From Moniliella sp. 'wahieum' (lineage: Eukaryota): a stretch of DNA of 64,000 nucleotides. The notes below the pieces were generated by a model. That model worked only from the letters and a program-made list of their open reading frames with translations, did not search any database and was not told the DNA's origin. The stretch's first letter is position 1; the number at the start of each line of letters is the position of its first letter. Position numbers and translations under genes: made by a program. This document shows positions 1 through 12,100 of this stretch, piece after piece. The stretch is taken from NCBI GenBank assembly GCA_003971905.1, contig RSEE01000009.1:992001-1056000 (forward strand), given 5' to 3'.

Positions 1-1473
1 TAGTAGACCAAACATGAGGAAGAACATATGATAGTCCCACGGACAAGGGAGGAAGGCCTATCGTCCCCAAAAGGATAAGGGTCGATGGTCGCTTTGTCTA
101 TCCGCCATGGTAGAACCGTTCCACCATCGTGACTAGGTTGGGGCTGGAACCGAGCTCTGTTAAGATTGGACAAAGCGAAGGGACTTCGATCGGATCAGAT
201 TGGCGGAAGCCCGTAACGTGATGGGATGTTTAGGTCTCACTTCTAATACGACTGCATCGGGGAGATGGCATCGCTATTAGATCGGCTGACCCATCTAGAA
301 ACCGAGGCGTACTCGGGACGTGTAGTTGAGCCAGAGCCCCATTGAGCATTTTTGGGAGCAGAACTTTTGTCGAGGTTAGGAAGGTAAGGAAGTCGGCTTT
401 CTACCCAAACTCTTCGCCGGCCCCTCTTTTTCCGTCGACGGTGACATGAGACACCAGGCTCCTCTCACACAAAGGTGTGTCCTCACGCCTAGAGAAACGG
501 ATTCCCTTTATATCAAGTGGGCGAGGCGCGGTAGTGTATATACTTCCCTGTCGTCTGAAAACAGGCATGGGTGCATGGGTCTGGACATTATCATCATTAG
601 TAGATCCGTGTGCCACCACGCGCACAACGAGTGTGGATATATATGAAAGCATCCCCCCCTTTATCCGTGGCGCTATATCTCGGCCCCTCGTTCCACCAAA
701 CTGTCCGCGGCCATCGCCTTGGCTGTGTCTGGGGCTACACCTTCAGTGCAGACCTTGGGGGCAAAAGCGAAGTAGCGACCTTGGGTCCTCCTGCCAAATA
801 GGACACCAAGCACCATTACCGGGTGCCCCCTTTTGGTCGATGGTCGATGCTCAGGCATGTTGAACGCTTCATGTGGCCCGTAGGGACTAGGTAGGGACTA
901 GGGAATGGGCACTGGTTAAAATCTAAAAGTTGATGATTCAATGTTTAACGTTGGGTGAGGCTCTAGGCGCCACACACCAACCCCATGCCCGGCCGACGGA
1001 GGCCGCATCTTAGAGGCACCCCGGCACTGTGGATGGCCGGCGCGGGGTGGCTCGATGACGTCGGGTCTGGGCTCGGGGCCGGCACACAGGCGGGGCGCGA
1101 TGCATGCTGCTAGATGATCGATGATCCATCGATGCGCCTCGGCCGTCAGCGCCGGAACACTGGTGCTGTGCTGCGGCTGATGGCGCTTGGATCTCAGCGA
1201 GCTCCGATCCAGATCCAGATGCCTGGTCGATGATCGATGATCGATCATCGACGTCGAGGCGCAGAGGGCGCCACAGACCACAAGGCGGTACCGGTTACTG
1301 GGTTGCCTGCCGCACGGGGGCAGTGGGGCAGCCATCCGCACTGCGTCGGTCCCGAGTCGCCGGCCTGGTCCAGCCGCAAAAGCGCTGCTGGGGCATTTTT
1401 GGTCCCCACCACCACTGCTGCCCCCCTGGCCTCGCCCCTCTCCCCTTTCCCCTCCTCTGCCTCCCTGCCCGCC

Positions 1474-2287
1474 ATGGAGCACAACGCCATGCCGCTGCGC
1501 TTTGGAACGCATGTTGCGCTGTCTGGCGAGCTGGCCACATTGCCCGCCCAGCGTCAGCCCCGCCTGTCGTGTGCGCGACACCTGCTCTGCCCCGCTGCTC
1601 CCCCGTCCGCGCTCGGCCGTGCTCAGTGGCAGCCACATGCGCACTGCACCCGACTTGGGCTACTTTGTCAACCCCCGCTCCTCCCGCCGCCGCCGTGCTG
1701 GTCAGGCACAGGCGGCACGGCGTCCCCGCAGCTATGCTGGCGCAGGTGTCAACCACCCGTACCTCCTCCCCCCTCCCATGCCGCTGCATGGTCTGCGTTC
1801 CAGCCCAAGCTGTGCCAAGTCCTTCTCCACTGCCCCCGCTCACTACATCTCTCCTACTACCACGCCCGCCTTGGCACCGGCTCGTCCGAGCCAAGTGCCG
1901 AGCCCCGCTGGCTCGTCGACGTCGACGTCGGGCCTTCCGCTGCTCATGTCCTCGCGCGCCTTGTCTCCACCGGAGGACACGTTGCCCACACCCGCTATGG
2001 GCATGCCGGATCTCCCTTCGCCCTCGCTGGGAAGCACTGCGGCTCGCTCCCGGAGTACAGCTGGCAGTGTCCATCCTACTTCCAGTGGCTCCTCCTGGTC
2101 TTCCGCGGCCCTGGAAGCTATCCGTCTCGCCGCGGTTTGCCCACCCAGGCACTGGGCTCTAGCAAGGCGCATGCGCTCCCGGTACTCACCCCGCACACGG
2201 CCTACGCCACTTCGGTGGCGACGGACGCCGCTCCAGCTGGGTCGTACGCTCATTGGGCCTATCCCACCTAGTAACCCTCAACTTTGA
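1474..2287 (+). CDS. Hypothetical Pro/Ser-rich protein (probably frameshifted in the assembly)
   Basis: GCCATGG start at 1474 after a CT-rich leader like those of other genes here. GC-rich coding-like sequence switches frame (ORFs 1237..2271 and 1502..2287) and is followed by a T-rich 3'UTR-like tract. No recognisable domain. Confidence 0.4.
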
Positions 2288-2760
2288 TCCCGAATCTTGC
2301 GTGCGGGACACCCCCTGTGGGTTCCGGAACCCATGCCTTGCGCCTCTCTCTCTCTCTCTTTTTCGCGCTATGGCTCTCTACATTCTCTGTCCCTTCCGCT
2401 TGCCTGTGCTTTGCTCCCGCTCCCCAACTGTGTTCTCCACTCGCTTCTTGGTTCCATTTGTGTCCTGCCGGCCGCGACTGAGATGTGGCAAGGCGAAACG
2501 AGGCGATGCTTTGTGTCCGTGCCCATGCTCTTGTCCATGCTCATCCGCTTGTCCTTGTACTTGTATTTGTGTACTTCTTCTGCGTCTTTATTGTCCTCTT
2601 TATTTCCCTTGTCCCGCACACTACTCCGCCTCCGGGCGAGCACGTTCCTTCATCTTTTCTCTACCTTCTGCCTTCTCCCCTCTTTCCCCGCTGCTCGTAT
2701 GCGCCACATATGCTGAACGTCTGATCGTGCGGCTCTTATTGCCCATTCACCTCTCTGTGT

Positions 2761-2880
2761 CCGATCCAATCCCAGCCACTCCACTCCACTCCAATCCAAT
2801 CCAATCCAATCCAATCCAATGCAATGCAATGCAATGCAATCCAATCCAATCCAATCCAATCCAATTCATTCCAATCCAAT
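2761..2880. repeat. Compound pentanucleotide microsatellite (CCACT)3(CCAAT)6(GCAAT)4(CCAAT)5...
   Basis: 24 in-phase 5-mers read directly from the sequence. Confidence 0.95.
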
Positions 2881-3150
2881 CCACATCAGGTTATTGCAGG
2901 TTTTAACTTGCCCTGGCCTGTGCATGCTCTCTTAGTCATCGACCACTTTTCGCTTGCGCCTCAGGCCCCGCATGCCACATGGCAAGTCACTTCCACTATG
3001 AGCGCCAGAAGGCTAATCCACTCCTTCTCGGCCGACGGGTGAATATGGATAGGCAATCCGGTGGCCTCTACCGTCTCGATCGGGGCGAGTAGATCGATAC
3101 TCACGATGCGTCGATGTCAGATCCAGTGGTGCTTGCCAGTATAATACAGG

Positions 3151-3182
3151 AATGGAGAGAATGGAGAGAATGGAGAGAATGG
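3151..3182. repeat. 9-bp tandem repeat (AATGGAGAG)x3.5
   Basis: aatggagag aatggagag aatggagag aatgg. Confidence 0.85.
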
Positions 3183-5848
3183 CCCTGTGGTGCACGTACA
3201 GAAATAAATAGAGATATGGATGGACGGAACAGGCCCTCGTTTCTCATCTTAACGCTGTGGCACTGAAGCTTTTCTGAAAGCCTCATTGTCTACTATAGGC
3301 CGGGGAGTGCGAGTGTGTTCTTGACCCTTGACCCTTAACCCATCCTCGTTGGGTGAAGGCTTTAGCACTGCACACATACCAGGGCTGTAACGTCTCCTCT
3401 CCCTCGCCTCACACACTCGGGATACAGATGATAAAGAGTGCACAACATCCGAACAATACAATACATGAGAGGGCGGGGAAAAGAATATAAAAGAGCGTGG
3501 CGTATGGCTTTTTCGGACGGATGTCTGTTCTGCAGCCGGTACCTGCATTGGAACGAATGGGAACTCGTCTCTGTTGGCAATAGACAATGAAGATATGGCG
3601 TTGCAACTCTATTACGCACTAAAGGGAGAGTTATACATTTATATTGGCCGTGTTCGATACAAGATTCGATGCTGAAAGACCGTGTAAGGTCCGTAAGGCG
3701 TAACGCGTCGGCCCGATACACTGCAACTGACATGTGACGGTCCACGTGTCACTGAAGGTCGCAGACGGCTTATGGACCGTTCATGGTCAACATCCCCCAC
3801 ATCCCACAGAAATTCATGCCGTTCTAGAGGGAGCCCTGTAATAGTGAGACCAATCAAATAGAGAGTATAGGCCTGTGGGGGCCACATTTGGCGGAAATCC
3901 TATCAAATGAGAGCGATCCTACGGAGTTGAACGTCAACCACACCTTTCTCAGCTGCACCCTGCTGTGCCCCCTTCGTTTACTACTTAATAGCTCTTGCAG
4001 ACTCTTCTTATTGCTGCGACATCTAAGTCTCCCATCCGGCCATAGTTCATTGAGAAACGCATCTAATCCAATGGTCTGTCTTTCCTCCATCTCACAAGAT
4101 TCCTAGTATACTCGCTTTGGTGAATGTAAAAGGAAGGACGTCATGACGCGTCGCCGCGTGAGAAGAACCGTCAAAGGGAAATCTTAATCGACGATCAGGG
4201 GAGGAATTGAACACCCACACTTGTGTAATAGTAACCGGTAAGCGCGCATAACCGGCATAATGCACAAACCTTCCTAACCAAGCACAACGAAAGCTGGTAT
4301 ACACCGGCTGGCTATCCTCGGACCACAGCTGGCGCTATGTGGGTAGATGACTATGACTATCGATGACTCGACAACGGAGAAGCATGGCTTACACAGCGTT
4401 TTGTCGGTATCGATGATGTCGATGATGCACCAAGTTGGCTTTGAATAGGACGGGGATACGTTGAAAAGGCATAAGTCTTCTTGGGAGAGAGTCAGTGAGT
4501 CATAATAGTCGGGTGCAGTGACTAGTAGACGTGATGCTAGTGATGCTGGTCAAGACGCCGTCGACGGCGTCTTGCTGCGTTGGCCAAAGTCTATTTGTTT
4601 GTGGAAACGCCGTCACCTTCACCTGTCTCTGCCACCCGACACTCCACATGGGGAGGCCGAGACAAAAAGTCGACTGGCCGCGGGACCAGTGTCTATGTAT
4701 ACGTACAGCGTGTCATGTTGTCACACGTAACAAGCGTCGCACCAACCATGCGCTACGACAAGGGAGAGGAGGGAGCCGACTTAATGAAAGGACAGAGAGC
4801 GTAGTACGCCTCGCAGCTAGACACGCTGCGGAGAGTAGGGAATCCGATGTGTTACGTGTTATCAGATCTTCAAATCTGGATCTGAGCCTCAGATCCCAGA
4901 TCCCAGATCCCATCTCAAACCAAATTCATCACATGGTCCAGATCTGAGATGGGAGATGGCTGATCGATCGCTGATTTCGCTACGCATTCTGCTCCGAACG
5001 CCCAGCCGCGGTGCCTGGTGCAGCGCTGCAACAGCGGCAAAAAGCGGGCTGGGGCGCCACTGGGGCAGGTGGCCAGTGGCCGCAGGAGCGTGGGCCGCGC
5101 CCGAGCACGAACGTTCCGAGCATGCCCGATGTCCGCTGGCCACCTGTCGCGGTGGGGAAGGGTGGGGGTTGCGGCGCAGTGCTTGGAGGCGACGGGGTTG
5201 TGCTCGAGCCCAGTGCACTAGCCAGCTCATGCGTCTTGGCGTTTGGCCGCATTCAGGCGGTTGACGTTCATCTGGCTGACCCCCTGCAGCTGGGGGCGGA
5301 TGCGCATCGCCAGTGGCTGCCCCCCTTGCATCCCTCGGGGGCCTGTCGCCTGCGCTGGTGCAGGCTAGTGCATGCTAGTGCGCCGGTGGGCTACTGCCCA
5401 CGCCCCCACGTCCCTCTGCTCCCAGCGCTGCGGTGTGCGCTGGTGTGCCTCGATTGAATATGAACGTTGCGCTGCAAGCGCCAGTGCGGCGAGTGGCATG
5501 CACCATCACATGTCACACACCGGGCGCATGCACTGTGCTGCGTGCATGCTTGCGAAGCCCTACATGTTACGCACTAACCCTAAGCGCCTAAGCCAAGGCC
5601 GGAGGAGGCCGGAGGGCCAGCAGGCTGCAGGCTGCAAGAGCGTGCCTCTGAAACACCCCCCGCGCCCCATTCCCTACCTCGTTGATTAATTTCATTCTGC
5701 ATCGATCATTGATCCTAATCATTCGCAGCATAGTCACATTCACTCGTCCCTGCGACCAGCCACTGCCTGCTCACACGCCCGCGTCCTCGCATCAGGCGGG
5801 GGCCCAGTCGAGGCTGCCAGGCACCAACCCTCCTCGCCCACCACCGCC

Positions 5849-8797
5849 ATGCCCGCCTCTCCGCCGCCCGCCAAGCGCGCAGGCCGCCAGCTCAGCTGCG
5901 ACGCCTGCCGCGCAAGCAAGCTCAAGTGCGTGTCTCCCCCGCCCTCGCCAGACGTCGGCCGACGCTGACTCTCTGCTGGCCAGATGCGACCGCGCGACGC
6001 CCATCTGCTCCACCTGCCGCGCCCATGCCCGCACCCCAGCCAGTGCATGCGCAACGGCGTGCCTGTCCAGTATGCCCCCAACGTTCCCCTCCCCCGCTCC
6101 GCTCTGCCGCCGCGCCTGCCGCCCTCCCCGTGCTTCCCCGCTCCACCCCCAGCCCCGACATGCGCCGCGACCCCCGCTTCCACCGCCACCACGCCGTGAG
6201 ACGGCCTCAGCCGTGCCTTGTCGCCTGAGTCTTCCCCTTGCTGACCCCCCCCACCACCGCTTCCAACTCCTCCAGCTGCGACCCAGCTTCTGCCCCGGCC
6301 ATCTCGGACCCTGCCAACCCGCCCGAGCCTTTGGTGGGCAGCAAGCAGCCCGTCGCCACGGGCCATCCAGGCATCCTGGACCAATCGAGCTTGGACCTCG
6401 CCGCGCGCGCACGCGCGTTGCTTCCCGCCCGCCTGGTACAGATGGGCCATGTTGGATCTGTATTGGACCAAAATTGCAGTCGTCATGCCTTCGTACGACC
6501 CGGGTCTGATGCTCTTACGGACGCGCGACCTATACCGCCTTCCGCTGGGAGAAGAGGCGATGCAAGTAAGCCATTTGACCGGCATGACCCTTCCCATGCT
6601 TGCCTGGCTGTGTGCTGCCTGCTCTGCCGTCCTGCGCTTGGCTCAACCCACCCGCCTCCTCATCTGGGGCATTGTGGACGACGCAGCCGCTGTAGCGCAC
6701 AAGGCATGTGCGCTCAACAAAATGGCGCGCGAGTGTCGTCCCTGTCGTATGTGCAGGGGAGAAGGCACTGTGCCCCATTCGTGGCTGCCCCGCCGCCCTT
6801 GCGGATCCAGGCAGCAGTGGCTATCACCTCGTCCGCCTCTTGTGGTGCGCCGCCACCAGGATGCAGCAATGTGTTGGATGTCGCGATCCGGTGTGCCCGT
6901 CAGGCGGGTCTAGACCGGATGGGAAAAGTGAGTGAGCTACCCTCGCAACTTGCATGAGTACGAGCAAGCGGCGTGCTGGCTCGCGCTTGTGTGCGCCGAC
7001 TGGCGTGGTGCACCCTACCTGGGGTGCTATACAATCTATCCCGGCACCTTTTCTACCGAGTGGGATCTTTCGTTGGAAGAGCTGGTTGAGGCACATGCAC
7101 ATCTGCTCTCCATCTCTGGGGACGGCAACAAAACAGACAAGCAGTCGTCGGACCCGCCCAGCCAAGTCTCAACTCCCACTTCCGAGTCCGAACCAAGTGA
7201 CGCACGGAATGGTGCGAACCAAGCAGCGGACCAAGCAGCAGACAAAAGGAACATGGTGAGGCGCCCCGCGAGATGACACCCCCCATGGGCTGTGTCGACC
7301 ACCATGCGGCCATGTGGGTATGGGCATGGCAACTGCGGATCGCGGATGAGGCGCGCAAGCTGTGTGATCTGGGGGTACACGATGCTGCGCAGCGGGTGAA
7401 TGTGGGGTACGACAAGGTGCTGGAGCGGACCGAACGTTGCAAGAGTTGTTGAGGCTGCGACCGGCCGAGCTAACGGTGGAGAGCAAAAAGGAAGGTTTGG
7501 ACCGCGAGGTGCAAGCCAAGATCAAGCGGTTTCCTTGGCTGTTGACGCATGCAGTGGCGGTATCGACACCGTTGCGTACCATCCTCCTCTCGCTGCACAT
7601 GCCCTATGTGTTGGGTGGGTACCAGATGCCATGTCCAATCCTTCTTCGGCTCGGGCCTTGTCCATTCCTCAGCGCTCGAGCAGAGCGTCAGGATTGTTCG
7701 AGCGGCCCAGCGCGCTTCGATGAAGGGCATCATTCTTCATCGGCAATGGCCCTTGCGGCACAGCCTATTCAACGCAGGTCTTGTCCTCATTTTTGATCTT
7801 TTGTTGCGCAATTCGTCCCTCTTACCGCCTGTGTACCCTGGCGGCGCCTTTGGACAGCACTCTTTGGACGAAGAGGTGGCATTGGCAATTGAGTGCCTTG
7901 ACGATTCCTCCTGGCGTCGAGGACGGAGCGACGTGGCAGATGTACCTTGGGTCAACACGTCGGACTTTCCCTCGCATTGGCTTGCGCCCACTTCGCCCAA
8001 TCCGACAGGACCCAGTGGCGCCCAGGTATCCCACCTCCCAACCTAGGCGTTCAACACTTTACCGGCGAACGACTGGAACGGCTACTTGTGCTGCGCTTCG
8101 ACGGAATGGCCAACAGGGCGATGGCGCCCTGGCTGTCGACTCGTACATGCAAGCGTATGCGACCGACATGATTGGTCATCGTCGTTCCTCGGGCCGCGCA
8201 GCCAGTCAAAAAATGACAACCGCCAAGCCAATCCCGATCCCGACACGTGGTACTGGGTCTATTTCGCATTCGCAGTCGCAGTCGCAATCACAGTCGTATT
8301 CGCGCCGCTCGCTCCCCCGTTGCCAGTTGCCGTTGCCGTTGCCTCCCCACACAGAGGAAGCTGCGACTACCCCGTTGGAACTGTCGGCACAGTATCATAA
8401 TAATGTGTCCCCCGCACCGCCTGTCGCACTCGAGGTGGACGTCGCCGCGGCGCTGCCTGGTTCCCCAGCACCGTTCCCGCTGGGTTTGAACGCTACCCAA
8501 GCCAGGCTGCCCAACCACACTGGTCTGCCAGGTCTTGCTACCGGCATGCTTGATCTGGACGGCGCACTTAGCTCGGAGCTGAGGCTAAGCCCGAACCAAC
8601 ACCGGCGTTACACCCTTCTATCACCACTTGTATCCCCCGTCCGCTGCGGCGCTCGGCTCGTTCGCTCATCGGACACGCCTTCGCTCGAGGCGCTCCTTCA
8701 GTTGGCCGATTCTTCCTCTGGACTTCCCGTCGACGCTCTCTTGGCCGATCCGTTCTTGCTCACCATGGCCAACGCACAGTTCCCGCACCCATTTTGA
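5849..8797 (+). CDS. Zn(II)2Cys6 fungal transcription factor
   Basis: ATG at 5849. Removing intron 5926-5983 (GTGCGT...GCTGAC...CAG) gives MPASPPPAKRAGRQLS-CDACRASKLKCDRATPICSTCRAHARTP..C, a complete six-Cys binuclear cluster. Downstream ORF pieces (6449.., 6932.., 7437.., 7549.., 7781..8797) resemble the helical middle region and C-terminal tail and are broken by frameshifts. Confidence 0.85.
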
Positions 8798-9038
8798 TTT
8801 TGATTTCGTTTTGCTTGGGTGCCCGGGTCCCCCCTAAGGCCCGCCCAGCCCCCGGCCTGGGGTTTTGGTTTCCCGGTTGGGCCGGGTTGGGGTTGGGTTG
8901 GCCTGGATTAAATTGGCACCATCTATCATGTATCATGTACCATGTAACACTATCGATGATCGAGTCTCGATCATCGCCCGTCTCTGTCTCGCCACTCTGC
9001 TTCTGCAATGAGATCCACTTTGAATTTGTGCAGGAGAG

Positions 9039-9195
9039 TGTCGGCCTCGCTACTACCACAGAATGTGAGCACTGAACGTCGTATTGACTAAGAAGCTTCT
9101 GCGACTGACTCGTCCAGAAGACTGGTGCGAGCTCGGAAGAATGAAGCTGACTCACGTGACTCAGGGTCCGCGCGGTCCTAGGACGGATGTCAACA
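9039..9195 (-). repeat. 3' LTR of copia copy 1
   Basis: TGTCGGCC...TGTCAACA, matching the other three LTRs apart from a few 1-bp differences. Confidence 0.97.
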
Positions 9196-12100
9196 CCCCC
9201 CCGACCGGAGGGCCCAGTCATGTGGACTGGATCCATCTCCTCGACGCGGAGTTGAGCAAGATGGCTTGTCAGGGCGGGACGGCCGAGAGGCTTGGTGAGG
9301 ACGTCCGCTGGGTTCCTTTCGCCGGGGATGTGTACAAGTATGGCCTCGCCCGATCCACGTGTTGCCGTACATTGTGGTACCGGATCTTCAGCTCTCGGAG
9401 CTTGCCGTGCTGCCAAATTGTGGGCGAGATCGACCAGACTTATTGTCGCAATACCAATGAATGGGTGTACCCTCGCCGATGGCCCCAAGCTCGATCATGA
9501 TGTTCTTGACATAGTTGGCGTCACCAGTCCATCATATCCTGCCGTATATTCGGCGGCGGCGGTACTGGTAACGCTCTTCGGCTGAAGAATGGATCGCCAC
9601 GACACCGGCACACCGTACACCATCAGTAGGCATCCAGATGTGGAGCGTGCCTGGATGGGATCTCCCGCCAAGTCGGAATCTGTATACAGCGCAATGGCCG
9701 GTGCATCTGATGTTGGGGTCAACCTCAGGCCCTTTCCTCGAGTATGGTACAGGTAGCGAAGGAAGTCATCGACTGATGATGATGTGCTGCGATGGGTCGG
9801 CGCAGCGGCTCTGCTGAGGGCCGTGATAGCGAAGAGGGAGTCAGGCCGGCCCATTCGTGCAGCCCACAGTCCCGATCCGATCTTCCCCTGATATGCCTTG
9901 CGCAAGGCTGGGAGGGATGGGGGTTCAGGGTCGGCACGGGGCGGTATCATCCGTACGGGATGTGGGAGAGTCCGGATCCACGGGGCTTTGATGTGGTGCT
10001 TTGCCACCACTTCCTCGATGAACTTTGGTTGGCTTCAGGTACAGCTCCCCACCGATCCGATCGTATTGGCATCCCAGGTGGTAGTGAAGGGGACCGTTAC
10101 CACGAACATCAATGTGTGTGTTTATCTCGGCCATAAACTCCTCGTACTTTTGTGTGACTTGCATGCGAGGAGCAGATCGTCGGTTGTGGACCGCCAGGAG
10201 GATCTGCTCACCCGGTGGTGCAGCGCGCACGAACAAGCAGGGCTCGGTCAAGCTTTGCGTGAAGCCGAGCTTGTCACGCAGCAGGTTCCGGATGTATCGT
10301 GCCCAGTTTGCTCCGCTCTGATGTAGCCCGATAGACTCTTCTTGAGACGCCACACGCGACCACCCGCTTCGGGGAAGTAGGGGGGTGGGCGGATGTAGAC
10401 TGCTTCTTCGAGGGGGGCGTTCAGGTACGCTGCATTGACGTCCGCCGAGAAGAGGCCAAACTTATACTTCTCGGCCAGCACGACGAGGGTCAGGAGGGCA
10501 GGTGTGCGCACCGATGGTGCGAACGTCTGGCCCCAAGTCTCGGCCGGCGATTTGTTGGTGTCCCCCGCGACAAAGCGCGCGCGGTGGCGCAGGAACCGGC
10601 CCTCGGCGTCCGTCTTTGTGGTGGATGCGCCATAGTCCTATGAGGATTTGTGCACCCGGTGGGGGGTACGTAGCCTCGTAGGGCCGTATCGCGCGAGTGT
10701 GGCCACCTCCGGCCATAGCCTGCTTGACCATGGCAAAGGAGGGGTGAGTCTCGAGACCCTTGAGCGTTGGGAGCGAGGGGTACGCCATCCTTGGTGAGCT
10801 GAACCGTGTCCGGGTGGATGGGTGCGCTGAGAGCAGTCATGGCGGCGTATTCGGGGTTGAACTGTGTCGGCAAACGGGGGGGCGGATTTGTGTAGGGGGG
10901 CGGGCGATGCCGATCTCTGGTGCGGCGCAGTGGGGGCGTTGGCGGCTGCAGCACGAGCATGGTAGGTCGTGTCGGTGGGGTCGTCAGCGATTGGGAGTGG
11001 TGCAGGTCGAGGGAGGTGCGGGTGGTGCGCTGGCGGAGGGGGTAGCGGCGCGGAGGGGGGGTGGTGGGAGCGGGTGTCTGGGGTGTGGCGGCGGTTCGGG
11101 GCATGGGTGCTGCCGCGGCTGGCGGAGTAGGGTTAGCGTCTTTTTCACTGTCGATTTTAATTTGAGGTGATTTGGAGATGTCGGGTGGGAAGTGGTCGGG
11201 GTGGAGATGGGGGTAGATGGCGTTGCCCCATTTGTACGGTTTCGACCAGCGGTAGGTGAAGGTACCCAGGGATGGTTGGTATGTGGCGAAGAGCCATCCC
11301 TTTGATCCGCGCTGATGGTGGTATCCTACCAGCATACCTTCCTCTGCCCGCGCGCTGAGCTTGTGCTCGCGGCGTGACTCGGGCAGATGGAGGTATGCAA
11401 CGCGGCCAAAGGGTTGCATCGGTAACGAGTATGCGTGGCCTTTGTATCGCTCAAATCGCGATTTGTTGTCTTCCCCGGATGTTTTGAGTGGCATTTGGTT
11501 TTGGGTGAAGCACGCAGCGTGGAGGCTGTGTTCCCACCAGTCCGACGTCGGAAGACCTGTACCCAAGAGCAACTGCCTTGCACGAGTCGTTATGGTTCGG
11601 ATGGCACGCTCAGCCACACCGTTGCTAGCACTCTGCCCCGGGATTGTCCGTTCTGACGTGATGCCTTGCTCGTCCAGAAAAGGTTGCAGTGCGCTTGTCA
11701 ATTCGGGGGCGTTGTCCGTGCGCAAAGTCCGCAGCAGTCTGTCCGGGCCGTAGCGTTGCTCCCGCAATATGAGGTTCCGCAGTTCCTTCGTTGCAGCGCC
11801 CTTTGTCGGGATCGCTGTGGTGAAGACGTACCGCGTGAAGTCATCAACGGCGACGAGGGCGTATCCGTGCCCCATGCCGGTTACCCGGGGGAGGTCTACT
11901 ACGTCGACGTGGAGGACCTCGAAAGGTCTTTTGGATCGGAGGCGGTCCCGGCTCGGATGGGGCGATGCTGTCGCTAGTGCCACCGCGCATGTTGGGCAAT
12001 CCCACTCTGAACGACAGAGGGAGATATGCTTGGCTGTGACGCGGAGGCCTGCGGTTTCCGATCGTGTAAGCCAGGGGAGGAGGTCGATGGCTGCGTGGTT

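Noticed and set aside
1..870. Possible rRNA or TE fragment (e.g. GTAAGGAAGTCGGC at about 384 resembles an LSU motif)
   Set aside because: The similarity does not extend beyond about 14 nt, and I found no recognisable ORF motifs in any frame I read.
3200..4330. Lower-GC stretch with short minus-strand ORFs, possibly a decayed element
   Set aside because: No RT, transposase or terminal-repeat signature recognised.
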